The notes under the pieces were generated by a model. The model did not search any database and was not told where the DNA came from. It was given only the letters and a program-made list of their open reading frames with translations. The translations under genes were made by a program, and so were the position numbers. A DNA stretch of 64,000 nt, from the NCBI GenBank assembly GCA_964247055.1, contig OZ176050.1, forward strand, positions 3,410,001-3,474,000, given 5' to 3'. Positions 1-12,800 of the stretch are shown one piece after another (position 1 is the first letter of the stretch; each line of letters begins with the position of its first letter). The DNA comes from Paragordius varius (taxonomy: Eukaryota; Animalia; Nematomorpha).

Positions 1-45
1 GCGCCTGGTGCATTAACCCCCTTCGCCCCTCTAACCAGGCCACTG
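1..45. mobile_element. 3' end of a CAGTGGCG-type MITE (same element as 10950-11217), at the paralogous position in gene copy 1
   Basis: gcgcctggtgcattaac...aggccactg matches 11170-11217 (gtgcctggtgcatcagc...acgccactg) and is followed by homologous flanking intron sequence. Confidence 0.65.
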
Positions 46-277
46 AGGTAATTATATGAGTGATATGTAATTTAAATCACTTAGTTTTTAAATCAAACGT
101 ATGAGTCATATTGCATTTTGGACAAATAAAAAATAGATTATCATTTTGAAAGCCTATTTTATTACTATCCAAATTATATCATCTGTTTTTTACAACTAAT
201 TGTATGGACAAATGAGTTTGTTTTATATACAATTTAATGTTTTTGAAAATCTGTTATAACCAAGTTATTAAAAATAG

Positions 278-499
278 GTTGAATTAGGAAAAACATGGCG
301 AGTTTTTCCCCTGAATGAATCATATCCAATGTGTTTTATGAGATACCGAGAAAATGGTGAGGATTGTTTTGAAATGAAAAGCCATTCTTTCAGTTTTTAT
401 GCGGATGCTATTAGAAAGGTACAAATATTACACATAAAAAATTATTATAAATATAATATATCGCTTTTTTATATGATAAAAATAAACAAACAAATTAGG

Positions 500-537
<38 letters not shown>

Positions 538-3278
538 TTCCTGACCTTTTGGGGTAGATATCCTAAAGAGATTTAAAATTTGAATATAAAAATATAAGGC
601 ATTAAGCCGAATTAAAAATATGATTTCTTTGTAGGTGCATAATGCAAAAAAATTTTTAAAAGACGAAGTTGTAAATCTTATCTCAAACTTTTCCGCCGCT
701 TTTATAGTTATAATAAATAATTGACTCTAATAAGCTTTCTGGTTTCATTTTACCAGAAACTTATTTATTGATTTTAAAATTAGCTGTTTAGTTCGATCGT
801 GTTTTGAAGCTGTCCCAATTTAAGACGCTAGCACTTGTAAAAACTGTAAAAAATATAAGCATTTTTATCTAATTCAGGAGAACAATGTTCGACCTAAATA
901 ATTAATATAACTTTCAAAGCAGTTTTTTAGTTATAAGATTGAGCTTTAGAATACAAAACTACCCAAATATGTCATGGAGGACAAATTAATGAAATGAGTC
1001 ATGAGGTGTTATATAAGCTTGTTATCTCAAGAAACTAAAAAAACGTTAAGCAATATAATTAATAATTATTTAGATCCAAGCCCAAAACATTGATGGTACT
1101 GTCCTGGCTAAAGAATTTTATGAAAATTTTTATGTCGTAAAAATTCTTCACTCACAATCTGGTGGCCTAATGACTCTTGATGCTCCACAAACTACAGATA
1201 CTGCTAGCACTATAACACGCTCTTTTCGCAAATTCCTAAGTGTTGAACCTAGTAAATAATACAGTATGAGTAAATATATTGCTGGTTTTCATTGCATAAT
1301 TGCCCGATACCATATACAGCAAAGATAATTATTATTAGCTAATAGCAATAAAAATTGGAAAAATAACTTTAAGCCAATAATATTCCATTTACTATATATA
1401 TACTGGCATTATTTAATAAAACCTAGCAATATATACTTTTACTCATACTGTAAAATCACTCATATCAAAAGCTTATTCGTATTTCATATACTATCCATGT
1501 AAGTCTTTGAAACTAACTTGGATGGCAAAAAGTTTTCCAAATTTTAACTAGAAGTGATCTTACAATACAGATAGAATCAATGACAGAATTAAATGCCATG
1601 CTTTTAAATACAGTTTAGAGTCTTTTTTTTTCTTTTTTTATTAATGAGTAGGGACTTAAATTTTATGGTAAGTATCTTCAAGTGTCATGCTTTTAAAAGG
1701 CCATCATATATGCGAAGGCTACAAAAAACTATTTAGTAATATCCTTTGGCTGTGGTAAAAATTGAATTTTGCACAGATAGGCGTCTTTTTCAAAAAAAGG
1801 TTGTTTTTAATATTATGTTATTATCGGGTTATATTATTTGGGGACCTTAAATTTAGTTATATACCAAAAGAAAATAAACGACCCAAAAAAAATAAATTAA
1901 AATTCTAACAGCCTACGCGATTATTATCTTTGTTTCTTGTTTAGATCAATACTATGATATGAAAGATATTTGCGCCTTTTTGACTGAATCCGATACTTAT
2001 AATCTCTATAATGATGGTGTATTATACAGGTAATATTGCAATCGACATAAATTATGTTACAAAAGGATATTATTTTTTTAAATAATACAACTCATTAAGT
2101 ATTCCACCAATATTTTATACTATGGCAAAAACAATTTAACGTTAAAATTTTTGGCATAAAAAACTTACAAAAATATAAGAGTAAACTTTTTTTTCCAATA
2201 AATAGCGGTGTAAATTTGGTGCGCATCAATAATACAGTGTATGAAGGGATTGCCTCTCGATATTCATCTAGCAGTTTGGAGGAAGTAACAATTCTTAGCG
2301 AATTTACGCCATTCAACCCCGAACTTCTCAAAGACTATGTCAATGATGAAAAAAATGTTGAAATTGCTTTAAATGAGGTCAGGTCGATATTTAATTAAAT
2401 AAAAATTTTAACTTATTTAATTCATTAATAAGCCAAATAAACATTTCATATATATATTTATATATATATATATATGCCGGATAATTTCATTTTCTTGCAC
2501 TTTTATAACCTAAAACCCTTTATCGATTTATTTTGTAAAAAATATTTAATCACTGATTGATAAACTAATTTACCCCGGAAAAATAAATGCTATTTTAATT
2601 TTAAGTGTATTCATTGTGATCACGCGACATATACTTAGTACAAAATATCGTCAAAACCTACATTCTCACAAATGAATATAAAAACAATATTTTAATAAAA
2701 AATACGGTCCTAAACCATTTTGGTCATTATTAAACTAATCAAGAGTGTTAAATGCTAATTAAATACCGATTTAGCGTAATAAATTAAAACTACCTATTAA
2801 TATGGCTTGTTAATTTTGTCAATATAATTTCAAAAATTAATTTGCTATTTTTATATATTTTTCGCTATTTCTTAACACATAAACATTATGTATTTTATTT
2901 TAGGTAACATTTGATGCTGCCGGACCCTATAACTCTCTATCTATCGTCAATCTTTTTAACAATTCTGTAATCAATTTGCAAGCCAGAAAACACAAAAAGG
3001 TATGTTTCCCTCTGTAAAAAATCAAAATATTTATTATAATACAATTCATATAGATTGTGGTCCATCAAAGCAATAGAGGTGTGAAGGTAAGCATTACAAA
3101 AGAGGATGATCAAGTTGATACTACTTTTTACAAAAACTATGTCGTTTTAAACTTCCAAAAATGGGTGGCCAACGTGCCAAGATCTGAGCAAGTATCATTG
3201 AGGGGTCAGGTCATTTTATACAAGAAGAACGCTATAAAGACATGTGATAACACCATTAAAGCAAATACATTTTATTGA
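278..3278 (+). CDS. Secreted protein of unknown function, paralogue 1 (5' exons lie upstream of the window)
   Basis: Exons 278-418, 1074-1251, 1945-2029, 2206-2377, 2904-2999, 3054-3278. All are GT-AG, phases are compatible, the joined ORF is open, and exon lengths match paralogue 2 except the last exon. Translation VELGKTWRVFPLNESYPMCFMRYRENGEDCFEMK...IKTCDNTIKANTFY*. AATAAA near 3380. Confidence 0.85.
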
Positions 3279-3781
3279 GATACACTAAAATACTAGGGGC
3301 CTTATAGTTAAATATAAAAATAATCAAAATAAGAATATTATAGCATAATCACATATCCATGGTAATTCAATACATTAAAAATAAATTATGAATGATCTTG
3401 ATAATTTGTCTTGATATTTCATTACTACTGATATTTAAAAAGGTATATTAAATTATGATATGCAGGTAGAATGGGGAAACCAGACTACAACCATGTTAAT
3501 TAGAAGCTAAATTTTTGTTCGAAAGATGATACAAAAAGTTATTATACGTCTAATTTTACATTTGTAATAGATTTCAACACATATTTTTTTAACTTTACAA
3601 TATAAAATTTATTGTTTGAATAGTGAAATATGATTGTATAACAATATTTTTAGTTCTCATCAAAATAGACCATATGATAACATTTTTCTTGTATACATAG
3701 AAATTATCTTAACAAATTTTTATTATCTACCTTTAAGACTAAAGAACCACAGACATGCTATATAATATGTACGAATATTAA

Positions 3782-5382
3782 CACTTCGATTCGAATCGGG
3801 GATCTAAATACCACACACTATTTTTAAATTGATATTAATAAACTACAGAAAAAAACGGTCCTAATTAATTTATGCTTCCATCCTTTTAAATATTATATAA
3901 ATAACACAATATATCTAAAATTGATATAGAGAAAGCGTTTGACAGGATTCCTAGAGAAACTATTTGGTGGAGTCTCCGTTAGGTGCCAGAAAGTTATATT
4001 AAGTTGTTATAAATAATGTACGAATCACACACCTCCGGCATTAAAAATCCACAAGGTTTATCAGAGCCCTTTTCAATAAAGCATGGAGTCTACCAAGGCT
4101 CATCACTCAGCCTTATTGTTTATAATTTGTATGGACGAGGTAGCCAAGGTTGTTAATGTGAGTTCAGGATGGTACTTAATGTATGCAGATGACATAATCA
4201 TCTTGTCTGATTCATTAATTGAGTTAAAGCGAACGGTAAACAGATGGGTTGTTATGCTGGATCAACATGGTCTGAAAGTAAACAAAGCAAAAACCGAACT
4301 TATTACTTTTGGGGGTCCACAACATAAAATGGTAGTTGATGATAGTTGGGTTCTGAAGGGTAAAGAAAGTTGCAAATATCTGGGAGCTATGTTAAGTGCA
4401 GATGGTTAGTTGACGGATGATATTAATTTAAGAATAAAGAGCAGCTGGGTAAATTGGAAGAAAATTTCGACCCTATTATGCGATCGAAATATTGATGTTA
4501 GAGTGAAAGGTAAGATTTACAGTTCAGTTGTCCAGCACTCAATGATGTATAATTTACAGACGTGGGGTGTCGAAAAATTCGAAGAAAGACATTTTAACGT
4601 GACTGAAATGAAAATGCTCAGAATGATGTGTGGGGTAACAAGAAAGGACAGAATCGAGAATAGATTTATTCGTGGGAGCACAGATATTAAACCAATAGTG
4701 GAAAGAATGTCAAAAAATGGGCTGGTTCGGGCACATTGAAAGGAGAGATTCTAATTATATTGCAAAAATAATAGATGGTTATATAGTTGAGGGAAAACGA
4801 GGACGTGGGCGACCTAAAACAAAATGGATAGATACAGTAAAAAGAGAACTAGCAGAATACGAGCTTAATGCAGAAGAGGCCATAGATAGAGTTTTATGGT
4901 GAGACAGGTTGTATAACATGACCGCTCTCACGAGTGAAAACATGTAATGTAATAATATTAACAATAATCTAAAATTTATTTTTAAAAAAGTTCCATATCA
5001 AACGATTTTGGCAATATTTATTTTTATTTTTAAACATTTCGCAAAATATAGTGATTATTTAATTCTAATGCTAAAATTCAGTTACTTTTTTTATTAAAAT
5101 CACATTTGACATTAATATAAACAGAAAAAAATGGTGTGCATCATTTTTATATTTAGCTTAAACAGACATGATGGATTAATTTTTACCTTTGGGTTTTACC
5201 TCTGAATAACTAATATCAATTTTTGAATGAATTTTTTTTATATTTTGGATAATGTTATATTAGTGCACACTTTTGCTATGGTATCAATTCCTTCCACATT
5301 TTTGTAGCATTTAATTTTAACAGGCCTGGGGATCCAACTACCATAATTAATTAAAGAATTAAATGATGTTGTATCCAAGTTG
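3782..5382. mobile_element. piggyBac-like MITE (TTAA|CACTTCGATTC...GTATCCAAGTG|TTAA family), interrupted by a LINE
   Basis: Starts ttaa-cacttcgattcgaa and ends gttgtatccaagttg. The sequence on either side of the LINE is collinear with the uninterrupted copies at 52487-53003 and 55378-55947. Confidence 0.65.
3923..4966 (+). mobile_element. 5'-truncated, decayed RTE-clade non-LTR retrotransposon (reverse transcriptase C-terminal half)
   Basis: IDIEKAFDRIPRETIWW, YADD (YLMYADDIIIL), KYLG, EMKMLRMMCGVTRKDRIEN and RGRGRPKTKW motifs with frameshifts and stops. TAA-rich tail. Flanked by a 10-bp direct repeat atctaaaatt (3913-3922 and 4967-4976). Confidence 0.9.
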
Positions 5383-6499
5383 TAATTAAGGAAATAAACT
5401 TCGGGTTAAAACATAGATTATGTATTGGGGTTGTGCTGACCAAGTCAAGACCCGGTCTTGATCGAATTATGACCATATCAGTGACTATTTATTTTTGATC
5501 ATGATTTAAAATAACAGCTATTTTCTGAAACTGATAAATATTTTTTGGAAGAGAGATAGTAAGATTATTATGTTTTTTCATTATTTTTTAAAAAATATAA
5601 AATAAATATTGAAATCTGCTTAAGTAAAAATATAAAAACTGTTAAACATGCATCCTTATATCATTATCATTTAAGCATATCCAGTCATTTTGAAAAACAA
5701 AACAATCAAGCACTCTGCAAAATATCCAATGATTCTATATGTGTAAACCAATAAAATGAAAAACCATTTTATAATTGGATATTTTAATAATGAAAGAAAG
5801 TGTAAAACAAACTAGGTATAATTTTATTTGAAAGACCCAGTATTAAAAGCTATGTGTTTGAAGATTTAGAAAGCCACAAATATGTGGCAAAATTTATTTG
5901 AAAATTCTTGATTAAGTTTAATAAAATATATTCGTAAATAATAAATATATAAAAGTATAATACAAACTTTTAAGAAAAAACATGACATTAATAGTGAAAC
6001 GCAAGTGTCGTTTGAACATTATTTTCGCAATCCAATATCGAATGGTAATTACTTAGGAAAAAGTGCTGGGTCTGACCGCACTTTTTTGAAAAAGCAGGCA
6101 AATTCACAACTCTATGTATTGGAGCCTAGTTAGGAAAATGTAAAATACGGTGTATTCATGTTATGCATTCTTAACTTCTAAAAATTTTGAAGAAACTACA
6201 AATGATTTTACAATATCTAAATTTTAATAAAACCCATAGAGTATAGCGTGTAAGTCAATTACCTAATAGGGAAAAAAATGATGCAAATAATATATGTCAT
6301 CCGACCGGGGTTCCACAGTTTTACAAAAAAATTAAAATTTTCACGTAAGGTTTTAGCGGTTAGCGGTTCCCAATACATTATTATGTTAGAAATGAGTTCC
6401 AATATGATAAAAACTGGGATGTTGCAGATTTATATAATGTGATACATTTAAATTTATTTAACTTTAACAGTCAAGTGTTCGGTACTAATTTATTTTAAG

Positions 6500-6833
6500 T
6501 CAAGAATTTGGTTTTAAAAAAAGTTCCATATCAAACTAGGACGCCATATTCATTTCACAACTTTTTTTGCAAGAGATCGTGTTTTTAACGAGAAAATTAG
6601 AGTTATTTTTTGTAGAAATCACATAAATTGGTGTAGTCAAAAAAATGTCAAATTTAGAGAATAACATGTCATATTGGCGAAATTTTTATTTCGGGTTATT
6701 TTGATGAAGCCATATAAGTGCAAACTTTTGCAATGACATCCATTATTTCATATTGAAATATTTGATTTTAAACAGTCCTGGCGTTACTTGACACTCTAAT
6801 GTGAATTGATGATCAATGTCTTGTATCCAAGTG
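6500..6833. mobile_element. 3' half of a piggyBac-like MITE copy
   Basis: Shares aaaaaagttccatatcaaac, agtgcaaacttttgcaatg, aaacagtcctgg and the terminus ttgtatccaagtgtta with the other copies. Confidence 0.55.
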
Positions 6834-7509
6834 TTACAAATTTAAAGCATATACATATAATTATAGAAATTTGAATGGGCAAAGGGTTTTTGTTTATATT
6901 AACAATATGGAAAAATCCTGAATTTAAAAATCTCTGGTTCCGTGGCTTATGAATACTCGACGACTTACCTGTCAATTTATGCAAGCTAAAATTATTTTAT
7001 CCATATCATATTTCGAAAATTTGGAAAAAACAATTAAAATGATTCTCAATCATGAGTTGGTTTAATAGCCTACAAAAACTAAATATATATTTTTAGGGTG
7101 AATTTAGAATGTTTAACAATGAGTTGAATTTTACAATGATCAGGTTTAAGTAATAGGGCTTAAATGGTATACATGCGTAGAAATAAAATAAAGATCATCT
7201 TATTATTTTAGTCAATTAGGGAATATATATTGTAAAAAGTAAAAATCCATATTCACTAAAAGTTACGCTAATTTTAATACATTAACTTTAAAATATTTAT
7301 CTCGATTGTTGTTGTTGTTTCTAAAATTGATTCCGACTAACTGCAGCATTGAAAATATAACTTCTCCATTCATTGCGATACAAGATCTGGCGTTTGTTCG
7401 GATAATTTTTGGTTGTTTTTTTGAGTATATCCATCCAACCAGTTCTTTTTTCCTCATTTATGAGCATTACGCACTTTCCCTAGCATCATTGACTTTTAAG
7501 TAGGAAATG

Positions 7510-9570
7510 TGGTTAAAAAGGATAGTTTTTGCCGTATTAGGCTGTCCAGTAGTGACATTTCCGAATTAATTTTATTTAAAATAGTGTTGTTAGTTTTGTC
7601 TGTCCATTTTATTTGGAGAAGTTTTTTCTAAACTCATAATTTGAAAGAATTTATTAGTCGTTCGTCACATTTTTTCAGCGTCCCCCATATAGGAATGTGG
7701 GGAAAACTGTTGCCTTAATATATCTACTTTTGCATTATAGTTTGATGTCATGTGACGTCCAAATCTTGTTGTATTTGAATGTAACTGCTTTTGCAATGGC
7801 AATTCTTCTTTTTATTTCTGGAGTAGAGTTGTTTTCATTGTTTATAATGCTGCCCAAACACGTGTAACTGTTTAACGTTTCATTCTGATTACCATTGATG
7901 ATTGAGTTGGTTGTTTGAGCCGAGTTGATTTGTATTACTTTTGCTTTAAATTGATTTTTAATCCGTATATATCGCATTCAGTTGCAAACAATTTCAGAGC
8001 TTGGGATAATGTGTCTATACTGTCCGCGAAAATAACTGTGTCATCCGCGTAATGAACAGATGTGAGTAAGTTTGCTCCTACGTTGCCATAAGTTTCTGAC
8101 ATGTTTCTTAGTATGCATTCGAGATATTCGTTAAAGAAAATTGGGGATAAAACACAACCTTAATGTAAGACGACTTGCACCTCAGATGAATCAGTTATAC
8201 CGTGAGGTGTAGATACTGCAGCAATGGAATGTAAGTAAATTAAGAATATGACGGTGATTAGATGTGTTAATTTTCCAAGTTGTTTTAGGAATGGTCGTAA
8301 TCTATTGTGATGGATAGAATCAAATGCTTTGAAAAAATCGACAAAGCACATATGCAGTTCTTTGTTAAATTCGTTATGTTTCTCTATTTCCACCTCATAT
8401 TGCATGTCATATTGCATGTCATATGGCATCCTCTTCCTTTTCGAAAATCCTAAATCGCAATCTCGGGGTCAAGAAAGGTATTTAGCAGAACCTGTATTCT
8501 TTTTAGGACTTTGGACACCTGTTTAATGAGCGTTGCGGTTCGATAGTTGTCGCACAGTTCTGGATTACTTTTTTAAAAAATAGGAATCATCATTGATTTA
8601 CACCAATCATCAGGAATTGTTTCGATATCAAATATATTTTGGAATAAATTGTGAGTATGTTGATCGGAATATTCAATAGGGATGTCTCTGTGTCCTCCTA
8701 TTGATTTGCCGATACTAGAGTTTTTATAGCATATTCAACTTCTTCTTTCATTAGTGGGTCTATCTCTTGAATAGGTTCTTTAATAATCTGAGGGTTATTA
8801 TGTATTTAGCCAAAGTTTGCGGATTTCGTCTTTTGCAGTGACGATTGAGTTGTTGTCGTTTCTCATAGGTTCCCTGTAGAAAGTTATTTGTGTGGAATAA
8901 TATTATTTCTATGGGCAAAAATATTTCGGTTATTTTTGGCCTCTGTTTCTAACTTATCGCACAGTTGGTCGTAAAAAATATTTTTGTCCACTCTTGCACT
9001 CTTTTGAAACACTATTTAGTTGTTATTCATCCCATTTGCATTCGATTTTGGAAATTCTACGTTTTACTGCGATCTCAAGACTTTTTGCTCACAATTTCAT
9101 TTTTTGTTGAGTATGTTTTAGAGGCTGTATAAATTCGTCGGCTCTCTGCAAATTGTGTGTATCGCGTACCAAAAAGAATTTAAGTTGTGACAGTTTCAGA
9201 ATTATGATCAAGACAATCGAAACGATTTGATAAAACGGCTTAAAATTGTCGTCGATAGTGTCATTCTATTCTTGTTCTGGTGAGTCTGGATATTTTGGGA
9301 AGTTGTAATTTAATGCAGAGTTTGGCAATCAATAGGTTGTGGTCGCTGTAGCAATGCGATCCCGGCAGGCATTTAACATTATGAAATGAACTTTTATATT
9401 TAACCATACCTAATAGGAAGTCAATATGGTTACGGTATCTTTAACACGGGGAACGCCATGTTTATAAACGTCTTTTAGGTTGTTTAAAAAAGGTGCTAAA
9501 CGAAGAACTGGTTAGCACAGTATTCGATCTATCTCCTCGACACAATTATGCTTTGACTCTTAACCCTTAC
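7510..9570 (-). mobile_element. Decayed RTE-like LINE (endonuclease plus RT remnants)
   Basis: Minus-strand fragments HMCFVDFFKAFDSIHH, a YADD-region remnant near 8045-8055 and CLGSIINNENNSTPEIKRRIAIAK, with many stops and frameshifts. Boundaries approximate. Confidence 0.8.
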
Positions 9571-9862
9571 AATTTATATATCACTTAAAGAAACTAACTA
9601 TGAGAAAATTTATGCAATGTCATTACTTAAATAAATATTTGTTACTTATATATATTTATTTAAAGTACATGCTAATTGTCGCTTCTTCTGTTTAAAACTT
9701 TTTATAACAAAAATTTGCCCTTAATTAATCAAAATTACTGGATTCAACTTGAATGTTATATCAGCGATAAATTATTTGTCACCTTCTTTACTAACATATA
9801 AAATAAAATTAAGGATGCCCTATAATTTATTAGTTTTTACTTTATTTTAATTTAAAATAAAA

Positions 9863-12800
9863 ATGTACGTTCTATTTGTTGGATTACTATTTACGTTGGT
9901 CCACTGTATCTCTAATCAAGGTAAGATTTTACGCTTTATTCTTACTTTGTCTTATGATTATTTATAATATTAATTAAAAATAATATATACAAAGAACAGT
10001 TGGTATCATGCATATATTTATAACCTATCAAATTTATGCAAACCTAATGTCAAACATAGATCAAAGCCTTCAATAAAAAGACTTTTTCATTGGTTTTTTC
10101 TTTACTAAAAATCAAAACTTAGAAAAAAAATACTTTGTTTAATTATTTTTTTTATGTAAAATTACATCAGTGATATATTATAATTTAAAGATCGTTGCTT
10201 TATTATCAAAAAGGATAGGTCATTTTAAATCTAATAACTCTTATTATTATGTGTGCGCAGATATTTTTTGTATTTGACTCAGCATTTTAGATGTTAACGA
10301 CAGTAGTAAAATATTAGAAAATAATAACAGCTGAAGCTTAAATAAAAAAGACCATTAGTTATCAAATTTAACATCGGTTTGGGTTGCGATCGGAGGATTA
10401 TTAGAAATTTAAAGAAATATTAAGATTTTAAAAAGTATGGCTGTCTTCAAAAAAATATATTTCCTTTAGTTTTTATGTCTGTATTAATGAATCGCATAAA
10501 AATTTTCAAAATCTCCAAATCAATAAATGCGAAGGCGCAGTCTAGTTAAATGTAATTCCTAACTAAGCTCAATTTTTTTGAACGTATAAATATCATTCAG
10601 TTTCTATATATTTATAGAAGTTGCGACTACAACTGCACCACCACCACCTAATCCAATCCAGATTATATCTGATTATTTGGAAAAAACGTAAGTCGTTTCC
10701 ATAAATAATACTTTTATTTATATATTATCATTCAATAAACCAATATTCTATGCATTACACATATAGACGTCATTCTTCTCTAAAAGTCGCCATTGTGAAT
10801 GTAAGTTTAAAAAGTTTTAATTTTAATATGCTATTAACTGATAATTTAAAGACTTATAAATTTTTTGCATTTTAAACGGATATATACTAAAAAGGTAAAA
10901 TGTCAGCTATAGTACAGTCAATACAAACTTCTATTTGATTTGATTAACCCAGAGGCGTGGCTTACATTTCTGGGGCACGGGGCAGGAATTCGTGATGGCA
11001 CCCTCCCCCTCCATGCCACTTTTTGCATTAAAAAAAATAATCAAATCTAAACGGGGTTATGACTTCTCGTAAATGGGTGATTTTTCTAGTACTATTTAAA
11101 ACAATAACTTTTAAATGCCTATTTTTTAAAATAAAATTAGATTTTTTAAATCCGGCGCCCCTTCAAATATGGTGCCTGGTGCATCAGCCTCTCTTCCTCC
11201 TTCTAGCTACGCCACTGAGCTAACGTATAAACCATTAGTTTTTAATTTATGAAAACGTAAGGGTCGCATTCCATTTTGAATAAATCAAAAATAGATTATT
11301 ATTTTGAAAATCAATTTCGTTACTACCCAAATTATGAAATCTGTTTTTTACAACTAATTGTATGGACAATGAGTTTGTTTTATCTGCAATGATTTAATAT
11401 TTTATAAGTTTGCTATAACCAAGTGAATTACAAATAGATTGAATTAGGAAAAACATGGCGATTTTTTCCCGAAAATAAATCCTATCCAATGTGTTTCATG
11501 AGATACCGCGAAAATGGTGAGGATTGTTTTGAAATGAAGACACATTCTTTCAGTTTTTATGCGGATGCCATTAGAAAGGTCATACAAATATTACACATAA
11601 AAAATTATTATTAATATAATATTTTGTTTTTTTATATGATAAAAATTAACAAACATTAAAATAACTTCTTTAACCCAAGAAACTAAAAGCACATTAAGCA
11701 GTATATATATATTATTTAGATCCAAGCCCAAAACATCGATGGTACTGTCCTGGTTAAAGAATTTTATGAAAATTTTAAAGTCGTAAAAATTCTTCACTCA
11801 CAATCTGGTGGCTTAATGACTCTTGATGCTCCACAAACTACAGATACTTCTAGCACTACAACACGCTCTTTTCGCAAATTCTTAAGTGTTGAACCCAGTA
11901 AATATTACAGTATGAGTAAATATATTGCTGGTTTTCATTGCATAATTGCCCCATACCATATGCAGCAAAGATCATTATTATTAGCTAATAGCAGAAATTG
12001 GAAAAATAACTTTATACCAATAATATTCCATTTGCTATATATATACTGGCAATGTTTAATGAAAACCTAGCAATGTATACTTTTACTCATACTGTAAAAT
12101 TACTCATATCAAAAGCTTATTTGTATTTTATATACTATCCATGTAAGTCTTTTAAACTAACACTATCTTTGATGGCAAAATCCTTGTAAATTACCTGATC
12201 TAACAATACAAATAGGAAGTTTAAGATCCAAATTTAAATGCTCTTTTAAATGATATTTTTGCAAAGGGGTAAAAAACCAAATATTATATAGTATCTCTTG
12301 GTTGTGGTAAAAACAGATGTTTTTTTTTTGAAAAAATATTGCTAATATTATATTATTATCAGGACAAACTAGTCGAGCTAAAAATTCGTTTTATAGCAAA
12401 AGAAAATTTAAGACGACCCGAAAAAAATAAATTTGCTTCTATATTTAATGTACATTTGTCGCTATATTTTTTCAAAAATTTTAGATTATGATATAAAATA
12501 GCTTTTAAGAATAGTAAATCATTATATTATTATAATAGTACTGGTACAAGACAGTTTACCTAAAAGTGTGATTTCTGTCTATAAAATTTTATAAAAGCTA
12601 AAAATTTAAAAATATTATTCGCTTAGAATTTATTTAATAGATCAATTATTTATTGATCATTTATAGGGGCATATTTTAGACAATGATGAAATTTTAATAT
12701 TTTAATATTTAACTAAGATTGATCACAAAATACAAACATAGTTTTCATTTAAAATATTCATTCAATGATGATACTATTATCTTTGATTTTTTATGTTTAG

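Noticed and set aside
1252-1260. Apparent premature TAA in paralogue 1 (TAT in paralogue 2) suggesting a pseudogene
   Set aside because: A phase-1 donor at 1252 (CCT A|gtaaat) lies before it and gives the correct frame with the next exon, so the TAA is intronic.
2095-2331. Minus-strand ORFs 2095-2331, 12975-13157 and 12985-13176
   Set aside because: They are antisense shadows of real plus-strand exons.
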